Positions 1-14,494 of a DNA stretch of 64,000 nucleotides are shown piece by piece. The stretch comes from Eledone cirrhosa (taxonomy: Eukaryota), in contig OZ024744.1 of NCBI GenBank assembly GCA_964016885.1, positions 115,692,001 to 115,756,000 on the forward strand, written 5' to 3'. The notes under the pieces are model-generated. The model was not told where the DNA came from. It saw only the letters and a list, made by a program, of their open reading frames with translations, and ran no database searches. The position numbers were made by a program, and so were the translations under genes. Position 1 is the first letter of the stretch. Each line of letters starts with the position of its first letter.

Positions 1-3000
1 ATAGAGACACTGACATAGAGACACAGACATAGAGACACAGACATAGAGACACAGACATAGAGACACAGACAGAGAGACACAGACAGAGAGACACAGACAT
101 AGAGACATAGACATAGAGACATAGACATAGAGACACAGACATAGAGACACAGACATAGAGACACAGACATAGAGACATAGACATAGAGACATAGACATAG
201 AGACACTGACATAGAGACACAGACATAGAGACATAGACATAGAGACATAGACATAGAGACATAGACATACAGACGCAGAGACACAGACATAGACACAGAC
301 ATAGAGACACAGATATAGAGACACAGACATAGAGACACAGACAGAGAGACACAGACATAGAGACACAGACAGAGAGACACAGACAGAGAGACATAGACAG
401 AGAGACACAGACATAGAGACATAGACATAGAGACACAGACATAGAGACATAGAGACACAGACATAGAGACACAGACATAGAGACACTGACATAGAGACAT
501 AGACATAGAGACACAGACATAGAGACACAGACATAGACATAGAGACACAGACATAGAGACACTGACATAGAGACACAGACATAGAGACATAGACATAAAG
601 ACACTGACATAGAGACATAGACATAGAGACACAGACATAGAGACATAGACATAGAGACACAGACATAGAGACACAGACATAGAGACACAGACACAGAGAC
701 ACAGACATAGAGACACAGACATAGAGACACTGACATAGAGACACTGACATAGAGACACTGACATAGAGACACAGACATAGAGACATAGACATAGAGACAC
801 AGACATAGAGACATAGACATAGAGACACAGACATAGAGACACAGACATAGAGACACAGACATAGAGACACAGACATAGAGACACAGACATAGAGACACAG
901 ACATAGAGACACAGACATAGAGACACAGACATAGAGACACAGACATAGAGACACTGACATAGAGACACAGACATAGAGACATAGACATAGAGACATAGAC
1001 ATAGAGACATAGACATACAGACGCAGAGACACTGACATAGAGACACAGACATAGAGACATAGACATAGAGACATAGACATAGAGACACAGACATAGAGAC
1101 ACAGACATAGAGACACAGACATAGAGACACAGACATAGAGACACAGACATAGAGACATAGACATAGAGACATAGACATAGAGACACTGACATAGAGACAC
1201 AGACATAGAGACACTGACATAGAGACATAGACATAGAGACACAGACATAGAGACACAGACATAGAGACACAGACATAGAGACATAGACATAGAGACACAG
1301 ACATAGAGACATAGACATAGAGACACTGACATAGAGACACAGACATAGAGACACTGACATAGAGACACAGACATAGAGACATAGACATAGAGACACTGAC
1401 ATAGAGACACAGACATAGAGACACAGACATAGAGACATAGACATAGAGACACAGACATAGAGACACAGACATAGAGACACAGACATAGAGACACTGACAT
1501 AGAGACACAGACATAGAGACACAGACATAGAGACACTGACATAGAGACATAGACATAGAGACATAGACATAGAGACACAGACATAGAGACACAGACATAG
1601 AGACACAGACATAGAGACATAGACATAGAGACACTGACATAGAGACACAGACATAGAGACACAGACATAGAGACACTGACATAGAGACATAGACATAGAG
1701 ACATAGACATAGAGACATAGACATAGAGACACTGACATAGAGACACAGACATAGAGACACAGACATAGAGACATAGACATAGAGACACAGACATAGAGAC
1801 ATAGACATACAGACATAGAGACACTGACATAGAGACACTGACATAGAGACACAGACATAGAGACACTGACATAGAGACACAGACATAGAGACACAGACAT
1901 AGAGACACAGACATAGAGACACAGACATAGAGACACTGACATAGAGACATAGACATAGAGACATAGACATAGAGACACTGACATAGAGACACAGACATAG
2001 AGACACAGACATAGAGACACTGACATAGAGACACAGACAGAGAGACACAGACATAGAGACACAGACATAGAGACACAGACATAGAGACATAGACATAGAG
2101 ACATAGACATAGAGACACTGACATAGAGACACAGACATAGAGACACAGACATAGAGACATAGACATAGAGACATAGAGACACAGACATAGAGACATAGAC
2201 ATAGAGACATAGACATAGAGACACAGACATAGAGACACAGACATAGAGACACAGACATAGAGACACAGACATAGAGACATAGACATAGAGACACTGACAT
2301 AGAGACACAGACATAGAGACACAGACATAGAGACACAGACATAGAGACACAGACATAGAGACACTGACATAGAGACATAGACATAGAGACACAGACATAG
2401 AGACACTGACATAGAGACACAGACATAGAGACACAGACATAGAGACACAGACATAGAGACACAGACATAGAGACACAGACATAGAGACACAGACATAGAG
2501 ACACAGACATAGAGACATAGAGACATAGAGACACAGACATAGAGACACAGACATAGAGACACAGACATAGAGACACAGACAGAGAGACACAGACAGAGAG
2601 ACACAGACAGAGAGACACAGACAGAGAGACACAGACAGAGAGACATAGACATAGAGACATAGACATAGAGACACAGACATAGAGACACAGACATAGAGAC
2701 ACAGACATAGAGACACAGACATAGAGACACTGACATAGAGACACAGACAGAGAGACACAGACAGAGAGACACAGACAGAGAGACACAGACAGAGAGACAC
2801 AGACAGAGAGACACAGACAGAGAGACACAGACAGAGAGACTCAGACAGAGAGACATAGACAGAGAGACACAGACAGAGAGACACAGACATAGAGACACAG
2901 ACAGAGAGACACAGACAGAGAGACATAGACATAGAGACACAGACATAGAGACACAGACATAGAGACACAGACATAGAGACACAGACATAGAGACACTGAC

Positions 3001-5940
3001 ATAGAGACACAGACATAGAGACACAGACATAGAGACATAGACATAGAGACATAGACATAGAGACACAGACATAGAGACACAGACATAGAGACACAGACAT
3101 AGAGACACAGACATAGAGACACTGACATAGAGACACAGACATAGAGACATAGACATAGAGACATAGACATAGAGACACAGACATAGAGACACAGACATAG
3201 AGACACAGACATAGAGACACAGACATAGAGACACTGACATAGAGACACAGACATAGAGACACTGACATAGAGACACAGACATAGAGACACTGACATAGAG
3301 ACATAGACAGAGAGACACAGACAGAGAGACACTGACATAGAGACACTGACATAGAGACATAGAGACACAGACATAGAGACATAGACATAGAGACACAGAC
3401 ATAGAGACACAGACATAGAGACATAGACATAGAGACACAGACATAGAGACATAGACATAGAGACATAGAGACACAGACATAGAGACATAGACATAGAGAC
3501 ACAGACATAGAGACACAGACATAGAGACATAGACATAGAGACACTGACATAGAGACACAGACATAGAGACACAGACATAGAGACACAGACAGAGACACAG
3601 ACATAGACATACAGACATAGAGACACTGACATAGAGACACTGACATAGAGACACAGACATAGAGACACAGACATAGAGACACAGACATAGAGACACAGAC
3701 AGAGAGACACAGACATAGAGACACTGACATAGAGACATAGACATAGAGACATAGACATAAAGACATAGACATAGAGACATAGACATAGAGACACAGACAT
3801 AGAGACACTGACATAGAGACACTGACATAGAGACACTGACATAGAGACACTGACATAGAGACACAGACATAGAGACACAGACATAGAGACACAGACAGAG
3901 AGACACAGACAGAGAGACACAGACAGAGAGACACAGACATAGAGACATAGACATAGAGACACAGACATAGAGACATAGACATAGAGACACTGACATAGAG
4001 ACACAGACATAGAGACATAGACATAGAGACACTGACATAGAGACACAGGCATAGAGACACTGACATAGAGACACAGACATAGAGACACAGACATATAGAC
4101 ACAGACATAGAGACACAGACATAGAGACATAGACATAGAGACATAGACATAGAGACACAGACATAGAGACACAGACATAGAGACACAGACATAGAGACAC
4201 TGACATAGAGACATAGACATAGAGACATAGAGACACTGACATAGAGACACAGACATAGAGACACTGACATAGAGACACAGACATAGAGACACAGACATAG
4301 AGACACAGACATAGAGACACAGACAGAGAGACACAGACAGAGAGACACAGACATAGAGACATAGACATAGAGACATAGACATAGAGACACAGACATAGAG
4401 ACACAGACATAGAGACACAGACATAGAGACATAGACATAGAGACATAGACATAGAGACACTGACATAGAGACACAGACATAGAGACATAGACATAGAGAC
4501 ATAGACATAGAGACATAGACATACAGACGCAGAGACACAGACATAGACACAGACATAGAGACACAGACATAGAGACACAGACATAGAGACACAGACAGAG
4601 AGACACAGACATAGAGACACAGACAGAGAGACACAGACAGAGAGACATAGACAGAGAGACACAGACATAGAGACATAGACATAGAGACACAGACATAGAG
4701 ACATAGAGACACAGACATAGAGACACAGACATAGAGACACTGACATAGAGACATAGACATAGAGACACAGACATAGAGACACAGACATAGACATAGAGAC
4801 ACAGACATAGAGACACTGACATAGAGACACAGACATAGAGACATAGACATAAAGACACTGACATAGAGACATAGACATAGAGACACAGACATAGAGACAT
4901 AGACATAGAGACACAGACATAGAGACACAGACATAGAGACACAGACACAGAGACACAGACATAGAGACACAGACATAGAGACACTGACATAGAGACACTG
5001 ACATAGAGACACTGACATAGAGACACAGACATAGAGACATAGACATAGAGACACAGACATAGAGACATAGACATAGAGACACAGACATAGAGACACAGAC
5101 ATAGAGACACAGACATAGAGACACAGACATAGAGACACAGACATAGAGACACAGACATAGAGACACAGACATAGAGACACAGACATAGAGACACAGACAT
5201 AGAGACACTGACATAGAGACACAGATATAGAGACACAGACATAGAGACACAGACATAGAGACATAGACATAGAGACACAGAGACATAGACATAGAGACAC
5301 AGACAGAGAGACACAGATATAGAGACATAGACATAGAGACACAGACATAGAGACACAGACATAGAGACATAGACATAGAGACACAGAGACATAGACATAG
5401 AGACACAGACATAGAGACACAGACATAGAGACACAGACATAGAGACACAGACATAGAGACACTGACATAGAGACACTGACATAGAGACACAGACATAGAG
5501 ACACTGACATAGAGACACAGACATAGAGACACAGACATAGAGACACTGACATAGAGACACAGACATAGAGACACAGACATAGAGACACAGACATAGAGAC
5601 ACAGACATAGAGACACTGACATAGAGACACAGACATAGAGACACAGACATAGAGACATAGACATAGAGACACAGACATAGAGACACTGACATAGAGACAC
5701 AGACATAGAGACACAGACATAGAGACACAGACATAGAGACATAGACATACAGACGCAGAGACACAGACATAGACACAGACATAGAGACACAGACATAGAG
5801 ACACAGACATAGAGACACAGACATAGAGACACAGACATAGAGACACAGACATAGAGACATAGACATAGAGACACAGACATAGAGACACTGACATAGAGAC
5901 ACAGACATAGAGACATAGACATAGAGACACTGACATAGAG
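1..5940. repeat. 14-bp minisatellite (ACATAGAGACACAG)n with CACTG/CATAG/ACAGAG variants; truncated by window start
   Basis: Direct 14-bp periodicity, about 420 units by length; the 1071-aa ORF with its 14-aa period is three units read in frame. Confidence 0.97.
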
Positions 5941-6235
5941 ACAAACACACACACACAGACACAGAGACAAACACACACACAGACACAGAGACAAACACAG
6001 ACACAGAGACAAACACACACACACAGACAGAGACAAACACACACAGAGACAGACACAGACAGTCACACACAGACATAGAGACACACACACACACACACAC
6101 ACACGCAGACATAGAGACACACACATACAAACTAACAAAAACACACATATGCACACTGTGTCCGTGTGCGTGTGTGTGTGTGTTTGTGTGTATGTATATG
6201 TGTATATGTTTGTGTGATGTGAACAAGTGCACATA
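5941..6235. repeat. Degenerate (CA)n then (TG)n low-complexity tract
   Basis: The minisatellite decays into CA runs, followed by TG/TA runs. Confidence 0.85.
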
Positions 6236-6312
6236 TGTAAAAACAAACGGAAAGTATTAAACCATTATCCACAAGTGAAGAGAGAATTGAGGGGGAGAAC
6301 GTCACAACGTGG

Positions 6313-6760
6313 AATGTTGTGAAACAGTGATACAAAGACACAGTTTTCGGCTAATGTTGTGAAACAGTGATACAAAGACACAGTTTTCGGCTAATGTTGT
6401 TAATCAGTGATACCAAAGACACAGTTTTCCGCTAATGTTGTTAATCAGTGATACCAAAGACACAGTTTTCGGCTAATGTTGTTAATCAGTGATACCAAAG
6501 ACACAGTTTTCGGCTAATGTTGTGAAACAGTGATACAAAGACACAGTTTTCGGCTAATGTTGTTAATCAGTGATACCAAAGACACAGTTTTCGGCTAATG
6601 TTGTTAATCAGTGATACCAAAGACACAGTTTTCGGCTAATGTTGTGAAACAGTGATTCAAAGACACAGTTTTCCGCTAATGTTGTTAATCAGTGATACCA
6701 AAGACACAGTTTTCGGCTAATGTTGTTAATCAGTGATACCAAAGACACAGTTTTCCGCTA
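6313..6760. repeat. 40/41-bp minisatellite, about 11 copies, two unit types
   Basis: AATGTTGTGAAACAGTGATACAAAGACACAGTTTTCGGCT (40 bp) interspersed with AATGTTGTTAATCAGTGATACCAAAGACACAGTTTTC(G/C)GCT (41 bp). Confidence 0.95.
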
Positions 6761-6804
6761 TACAGCCAAATGAAGAGAAACAAAAACAATAATAATGATT
6801 TTTA

Positions 6805-6935
6805 ATTTAAGCACAAGGCCAGCAATTTCGGATAACTGAAAGGTAAAGTTGGTATGGGCTTGATTTGAACCACGAACATAGCTACAACACTGCAGGTTGA
6901 TCTGTCAAATGTTCTAACGACTCTACCAAATCAAC
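6805..6935 (-). mobile_element. Degenerate tRNA-derived SINE fragment, same family as 8620-9180
   Basis: TTTAAGCACAAGGCCA is the reverse complement of the end motif at ~8980-8996; GATTTGAAC is a reversed B box. Confidence 0.5.
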
Positions 6936-7059
6936 AGTTTAATAACAACTGTCACATATTTAGACTAATAAGTGCCATTTGTTTAGAAATAGGTAAGAAG
7001 AGAAAATAAGGAAGTATTTGATAGAGGAATTAGTAGAGATAGCTTCAGTATAGATTATA

Positions 7060-7310
7060 TAAAGTGGTTGGTGATAGGAAGGACATCCAGCTGTAGATAA
7101 CTTGCCTAACAAACGGTTGGGAGGACCCCTTAGTTGTGTCAAACTTCCCTTGTGTTGGTGCCAAGATACTCTCATTAGATCAGGGGATTGTGAGATACAG
7201 GTCTCTGACCCATCTGAGAGGTCAGTAGTTCTGTTTATGTACTGACTCTGTGAAGACCTGTCCAATCCTTCTTAGAAAGAAAAACGGACGTTAATTATGA
7301 TGATAATTAG
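7060..7310 (+). mobile_element. Old RTE-tail/SINE 3' fragment
   Basis: GTGGTTGGTGATAGGAAGGACATCCAGCTGTAGA and AAACGGACGTTAA..TGATGAT match the tails of RTE copies at ~17835-17960 and ~30515-30700. Confidence 0.7.
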
Positions 7311-7469
7311 ACATACATACATACATATATATAGATAATAGTTATTGAAATGGTCAGTACATTTTGATTTATCTTGTATTTTCCGTTTGCTTCAGAGTTT
7401 ATATTCGTCAAACCAACGTGGTCTTACTACCCTTGTAATTCTAAACACAATTTACTGTGTTTATTCTTT

Positions 7470-7555
7470 TATATATATATATATACATACGTACATATAT
7501 ACATACATATTTCCGTACATACATATACACACACACACATATATATTTATATATC

Positions 7556-7635
<80 letters not shown>
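7470..7635. repeat. (TA)n/(CA)n microsatellite
   Basis: Direct inspection. Confidence 0.95.
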
Positions 7636-7636
<1 letters not shown>

Positions 7637-7886
7637 GCATACACGAACATATATACCACAGATAACTATATAGTTGGTTGTATAACGTTCGGTTAGTGAT
7701 GGTTGACCAGTTTAAGCACTCAGTGGTATTACGTGGATCCGGCTACCTAAGTACGACTCGTCCTTGTGTCATCACCGGCTTTCGTGTCCGTGACAAGCAC
7801 AACTTTATAATACTAAATATTTACACACACATATATATATATGTGTATGTGAGTGCGTCTATCATATATATATAAATATACATATA

Positions 7887-7961
7887 CAGGATGTTCCCAA
7901 AAAATATATACACTTCAACAGCATTCTAATCAAAGTATATATACATTTTTGGGATACCCTG
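7887..7961. mobile_element. 75-bp Tc1/mariner-type MITE remnant
   Basis: Imperfect TIRs CAGGATGTTCCCAAAAAATATATA / TATATACATTTTTGGGATACCCTG, preceded by TA; the right-hand TA is not intact. Confidence 0.6.
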
Positions 7962-8187
7962 AATGTGTGTGTATGTATGTATATTGTTTAAACACACCCG
8001 ATTGTAGATCGAATACTATGTACGTCCATATATACAAAGACAAAACCTCTAGATAATACTTAGCACGCACGATATGTATAAAAATATGTGTGTGTGTATA
8101 CAACCACATATATGTGTATTTATATATATGTACATACAAGATCAAAACATTTTAGACTGTGGTATGTTACGTTCTATATACACACAT

Positions 8188-8231
<44 letters not shown>

Positions 8232-8619
8232 TTATACAGACACATAGTGTATACGTAGGTAGACAGTGACAATCAGACAGATCAAACGAACAAGCCGCAT
8301 GTTTTGTTTTGTTTTTTGCTTATTTTTCCCCAAAGGAAAAAAATTGTGAACAGTAGAGGAAAAGAAAAAAACTTTTTGCGAAAACACAGAAAGGGGAAGA
8401 ATATGAAATGTGTTTAAAGGTTATAAATGATGCAGTGAACAAATAATATGGAAATAAACATTGAATATTAAGAAAGTAAGGGGCGAAAAAAGGCTGAAAT
8501 TGTATTCAGCAAGTTGTGTACCTGTTGTCTGCCATAACTGCCTTCTTTAATCTGGGAGGTAGACTACAACGGGAGATAACTCAGCGCACCTTGGTATTTA
8601 ATTATTATCATTATTATAT

Positions 8620-9180
8620 TACTTGTAAGGTCGATTGACAGTCAATAGAGCGTTGTACAGCAATATTCGTCCTGGTTATTTACATTCTGAGTTCAAATCC
8701 TGTCGAGGTTAAGTTTTACCTTTCATCCTTACGGGCGTCAATAAAATAAAGTACCTGTAATACACCGGGGTTCATGATGTTGGCCTTGTACTCAAATCAG
8801 AAACTATTGTTATCTATGTGTGTGAGGGCGATGGCAGTAATCGCTAGATCACCGGACAATATACCCCGTCGAGGTTAACTTTGCCTTTCATCCTCACGGG
8901 ATCGATAAAATAGAGTACCAGTAATGCTCTAGGGTCGATTTCATCGATTTACCCCTCCCTGCCTCGAAAAAAAAAATGTTGGCCTTGTGCTTAAATCTTT
9001 ATTTTGTTACTTCTCAGGTTATAACGCTGCATCTGGTTATTTAGTTTTTAAGTTCAAATCATGCTCAGATCGTTGTTCCTTCCGGGGGTGGATAAAATAT
9101 TATACTTGTCAAGTACTAGGGATTGATGGGGCGGGGAGTTTCCCTTCCCCCAAATTTCTGACATAGGGCCTAAATTAGCA
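8620..9180 (+). mobile_element. Three consecutive degenerate tRNA-derived SINE copies
   Basis: Recurring B box GTTCAAATC, central GAGGTTAAC..CCTTTCATCCT..GGG.TCGATAAAAT..AGTACC and terminal TGTTGGCCTTGT motifs at ~8690-8790, ~8865-9000 and ~9050-9175. Confidence 0.7.
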
Positions 9181-9740
9181 GTTTTTATCTGTGTGTGTGT
9201 GTGTGTACGTGTGTACGTGTGTGCGTGCATGTGTGTGTGTTTTGAATATATAATTCTTATTTGGATTATCAGTTTATTCGCTTATTTGACAATAGCCTTC
9301 GCTCTCAGTTTGACCAACTACAACATTCGTTTCGATAACATTATCTAGATTAAAAACTAGATCTATCTATTGATTTATTTTATATATTGTGTTGGTTTGA
9401 TAAGTAATCAAACATGATTTCTGTTTACATAAATTATCAAAACATTAACAATTTGCAACGGAGAAGTAATCAGAGAAAAGAGGAAAAGAAAAAGAAAGGA
9501 AAGCGACAAGCAGAAAGAAAAGTTGAGGGAGAATGCCTGCACACTCAATCAGACGTCCCAAGAGGCGGTGGAGTTTCAATCTAATTCACATTTAGGCAAG
9601 CCAACACACTGGTCTTCACAGGTGGTCATCATTATCTTATCTATTGCTCAACGGGACTGTAGTGTGTGGGGGGGGGTCAACGGTCCCAGAGGCGTCATTG
9701 TGCATAGAGCTGACTCAGTGCTGTAACAAGTTGAAGGTTC

Positions 9741-12700
9741 TCCTGGTTGAATAGTCAGATAGTGGGGCTGTCATCTCTAAGATGAGCTGATCTCCTGGCT
9801 AATAGTCAGATGGTGGGCCTGTCATCTCTGAGATGAGCTGATCTCCTGGCTAATAGTCAGATGGTGGGGCTGTCATCTCTGAGATGAGCTGAACTCCTGG
9901 CTAATAGTCTGATGGTGGGGCTGTCATCTCTGAGATGAGCTGATCTCCTGGCTAATAGTCTGATGGTGGGGCTGTCATCTCTGAGATGAGCTGATCTCCT
10001 GGCTAATAGTCTGATGGTGGGGCTGTCATCTCTGAGATGAGCTGATCTCCTGGCTAATAGTCTGATGGTGGGGCTGTCATCTCTGAGATGAGCTGATCTC
10101 CTGGCTCAATAGTCTGATGGTGGGGCTGTCATCTCTGAGATGAGCTGATCTCCTGGCTAATAGTCAGATGGTGGGGCTGTCATCTCTGAGATGAGCTGAC
10201 CTTCTGGCTCAATAGTCAGATGGTGGGGCTGTCATCTCTGAGATGAGCTGATCTCCTGGCTAATAGTCAGATGGTGGGGCTGTCATCTCTGAGATGAGCT
10301 GATCTCCTGGCTAATAGTCTGATGGTGGGGCTGTCATCTCTGAGATGAGCTGATCTCCTGGCTAATAGTCTGATGGTGGGGCTGTCATCTCTGAGATGAG
10401 CTGATCTCCTGGCTAATAGTCTGATGGTGGGGCTGTCATCTCTGAGATGAGCTGATCTCCTGGCTCAATAGTCTGATGGTGGGGCTGTCATCTCTGAGAT
10501 GAGCTGATCTCCTGGCTAATAGTCTGATGGTGAGGCTGTCATCTCTGAGATGAGCTGATCTCCTGGCTAATAGTCTGATGGTGGGGCTGTCATCTCTGAG
10601 ATGAGCTGATCTCCTGGCTAATAGTCTGATGGTGGGGCTGTCATCTCTGAGATGAGCTGATCTCCTGGCTAATAGTCTGATGGTGGGGCTGTCATCTCTG
10701 AGATGAGCTGATCTCCTGGCTAATAGTCTGATGGTGGGGCTGTCATCTCTGAGATGAGCTGATCTCCTGGCTAATAGTCTGATGGTGGGGCTGTCATCTC
10801 TGAGATGAGCTGATCTCCTGGCTCAATAGTCTGATGGTGGGGCTGTCATCTCTGAGATGAGCTGATCTCCTGGCTAATAGTCTGATGGTGAGGCTGTCAT
10901 CTCTGAGATGAGCTGATCTCCTGGCTCAATAGTCTGATGGTGGGGCTGTCATCTCTGAGATGAGCTGATCTCCTGGCTAATAGTCAGATGGTGGGGCTGT
11001 CATCTCTGAGATGAGCTGATCTCCTGGCTCAATAGTCTGATGGTGAGGCTGTCATCTCTGAGATGAGCTGATCTCCTGGCTAATAGTCTGATGGTGAGGC
11101 TGTCATCTCTGAGATGAGCTGACCTCCTGGCTAATAGTCTGATGGTGAGGCTGTCATCTCTGAGATGAGCTGATCTCCTGGCTAATAGTCTGATAGTGGG
11201 GCTGTCATCTCTGAGATGAGCTGACCTCCTGGCTAATAGTCAGATGGTGGGGCTGTCATCTCTGAGATGAGCTGACCTTCTGGCTCAATAGTCAGATGGT
11301 GGGGCTGTCATCTCTGAGATGAGCTGATCTCCTGGCTAATAGTCAGATGGTGGGGCTGTCATCTCTGAGATGAGCTGATCTCCTGGCTAATAGTCTGATG
11401 GTGGGGCTGTCATCTCTGAGATGAGCTGACCTTCTGGCTCAATAGTCAGATGGTGGGGCTGTCATCTCTGAGATGAGCTGATCTCCTGGCTAATAGTCAG
11501 ATGGTGGGGCTGTCATCTCTGAGATGAGCTGACCTCCTGGCTAATAGTCTGATGGTGAGGCTGTCATCTCTGAGATGAGCTGACCTCCTGGCTAATAGTC
11601 TGATGGTGGGGCTGTCATCTCTGAGATGAGCTGACCTCCTGGCTAATAGTCTGATAGTGGGGCTGTCATCTCTGAGATGAGCTGATCTCCTGGCTAATAG
11701 TCAGATGGTGGGGCTGTCATCTCTGAGATGAGTTGATCTCCTGGCTAATAGTCTGATAGTGGGGCTGTCATCTCTGAGATGAGCTGATCTCCTGGCTAAT
11801 AGTCTGATGGTGGGGCTGTCATCTCTGAGATGAGCTGACCTCCTGGCTAATAGTCTGATAGTGGGGCTGTCATCTCTGAGATGAGCTGACCTCCTGGCTA
11901 ATAGTCTGATGGTGAGGCTGTCATCTCTGAGATGAGCTGATCTCCTGGCTAATAGTCTGATAGTGGGGCTGTCATCTCTGAGATGAGCTGATCTCCTGGC
12001 TAATAGTTTGATGGTGAGGCTGTCATCTCTGAGATGAGCTGACCTCCTGGCTAATAGTCTGATGGTGGGGCTGTCATCTCTGAGATGAGCTGACCTCCTG
12101 GCTAATAGTCTGATAGTGGGGCTGTCATCTCTGAGATGAGCTGACCTCCTGGCTAATAGTCTGATGGTGGTGCTGTCATCTCTGAGATGAGCTGATCTCC
12201 TGGCTAATAGTCTGATAGTGGGGCTGTCATCTCTGAGATGAGCTGACCTCCTGGCTAATAGTCTGATAGTGGGGCTGTCATCTCTGAGATGAGCTGACCT
12301 CCTGGCTAATAGTCTGATGGTGGGGCTGTCATCTCTGAGATGAGCTGATCTCCTGGCTAATAGTCTGATGGTGGGGCTGTCATCTCTGAGATGAGCTGAC
12401 CTCCTGGCTAATAGTCTGATGGTGGGGCTGTCATCTCTGAGATGAGCTGATCTCCTGGCTCAATAGTCAGATGGTGGGGCTGTCATCTCTGAGATGAGCT
12501 GATCTCCTGGCTAATAGTCTGATGGTGGGGCTGTCATCTCTGAGATGAGCTGATCTCCTGGCTAATAGTCTGATAGTGAGGCTGTCATCTCTGAGATGAG
12601 CTGATCTCCTGGCTAATAGTCTGATGGTGAGGCTGTCATCTCTGAGATGAGCTGACCTCCTGGCTAATAGTCTGATGGTGAGGCTGTCATCTCTGAGATG

Positions 12701-12978
12701 AGCTGATCTCCTGGCTAATAGTCTGATGGTGGGGCTGTCATCTCTGAGATGAGCTGATCTCCTGGCTCAATAGTCTGATGGTGGGGCTGTCATCTCTGAG
12801 ATGAGCTGATCTCCTGGCTCAATAGTCAGATGGTGGGGCTGTCATCTCTGAGATGAGCTGATCTCCTGGCTAATGGTCTGATGGTGGGGCTGTCATCTCT
12901 GAGATGAGCTGATCTCCTGGCTAATAGTCTGATGGTGGGGCTGTCATCTCTGAGATGAGCTGACCTCCTGGCTCAATA
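9741..12978. repeat. 51/52-bp satellite, about 63 copies
   Basis: Unit TCCTGGCT(C)AATAGTCTGATGGTGGGGCTGTCATCTCTGAGATGAGCTGATC; contains dyad TCATCTC-T-GAGATGA. Confidence 0.97.
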
Positions 12979-14494
12979 TTCTGACCCATAATGGAATACT
13001 CCTATGTTTTACCGGCAAAGATTCGAAACCGAATCTGCGCTTTCCCGCCTCTGGGACAATCTATCGTTGGAAGTTTTCACTATTATCCTGTCAAAACAAC
13101 GATGATAAATGTACATTCCATTTGACCTGTGACCTCAACCCCTTGGGAGATGCTAACCACAGGTCAGACCATAGATCAACCTCATATATCCATCCTTCTT
13201 GCTTTAGCACTTACTAGCAGTAAAGCCCGGCGTTGCTCGGGGTCGCTCAGTAGCTGTGTTAAAGTTACAATGTTAAGTTTCTTTATTGGCTTAAAAACTG
13301 TAGTGTCTACTGTGCAGACTTGCATGTGGTGTTTTTGATTAATATTCCCTCAACCAACAATATGCCTTATGAAGTTAAGAAAACATAACGATAACCCGAA
13401 TGTTATAACAAAAGAGGATGCTGGGGATAAAAACTGCACTGGTTATTTATTAACAAAGATCGAAAATGTAAACACTGCAACGCAGAGAAAAACATTAGCG
13501 TAACCAAATTATCAGTTATGTCTGTCTGCACGCTTATATCACCTCTCTGCACGACTATCTGTCTGCACGCCTGAAATATTTGCTTGTTTTACGTAGTCTT
13601 TAAATAGACTTGTTTTCAAGTAAAAATATTGTTTTAAAATGCTTTTAAATGGAAATGAAGCAAAACGGAAGCTTAGTGTTCGAATGTTCGTGTATTGTGT
13701 TAATGTCATTTTAAACGCTGAGAAAGCCAGCGTAATTTTTTACGTAAGACGCTCAATGTAAACAGAACAAAGGGAAATAACTGATAACTTACGCTCAAAA
13801 ATCGATACATTATATTCGATTTCGTCACATAGGGCGGGTCAATTTGAAAATTTTTTTTTCCGATGTCTTCGCTAGGGCTCAATGTACAAGTATAGCAATT
13901 TCGGTGCAATTCCGTGAGAGATTCTAAGAGGAGATGTGTGCCAAAAATCGATAGACAGACAGACAACCACAGTTTTATATATATAGAAGATTATAAATAC
14001 AGGGAGTTAAGGAACCATAGAGTTCAGAATCGAAGCAGCAGTCAACAGACAATAAGCAATGTAGACATTAGCAGGCCTTTCATCCTATCTTTCTCCTGGC
14101 CCTTACTGGCTTACCCTCTCAGCCAGACAGCCAGTCATACCGGCCTGAGAGATTGACCATTACTACAATGAGAATAAGATACTCTAAGAATAGGCACACA
14201 CACATGCATAGAAAGTTCATATTGTTATATTATACTCTCATCCTATTCTACCTGTAATATTGTATCTGCAAGACACAACCCAACTTATATACTATATATT
14301 CTTCTCTGATACATGCATTTACGTAGCTCGTACTGCTACCAATTTACTGTACAGATATATTCATGTCATAAAGTTTATTACTCAGTGTTCAAGTCGATTA
14401 TTGTTATTATAAAATAAACATTGTTAACAACTCAATCATGGCATTATTCTTTTCATCAAAACTACCACACAAAGACTACCACCTATCCGTTACA
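12979..14494. mobile_element. 1.5-kb insertion interrupting the 51-bp array; outer part possibly LTR-like
   Basis: Satellite sequence on both sides; the right part has TATAAATA (~13992), AATAAA (~14412) and ends CCGTTACA. No convincing TG.. start at the left boundary. Confidence 0.4.
13214..13990 (-). mobile_element. Non-autonomous Helitron, about 777 bp
   Basis: On the minus strand it starts A|TCTTCTATATATATAAAA..GTCTGTCTGTCT and ends with the GC-rich hairpin CCCGAGCAACGCCGGG, a short spacer and CTAG|T; no TSD. These are canonical Helitron termini. Confidence 0.85.

Noticed and set aside
2841-6056. 1071-aa Cys/Val/Ser/Leu-rich ORF
   Set aside because: Translation of the 14-bp minisatellite, whose minus strand has almost no stop codons; no unique domain or gene context.
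7345-8145. Ile/Tyr-rich short ORFs (also 23846-24385 and 25215-25502)
   Set aside because: Translations of (TA)n, (CA)n and (TG)n microsatellites.
8522-8551. Possible 30-nt minus-strand microexon (cag|IKEGSYGRQQ|gtac)
   Set aside because: Weak splice signals, no partner exons or homology; compatible with chance without RNA-seq.
9741-12978. 51-bp unit as a tandem hammerhead (CTGATGG, CTGAGATGA)
   Set aside because: No correctly placed CTGANGA plus GAAA and stems on either strand.
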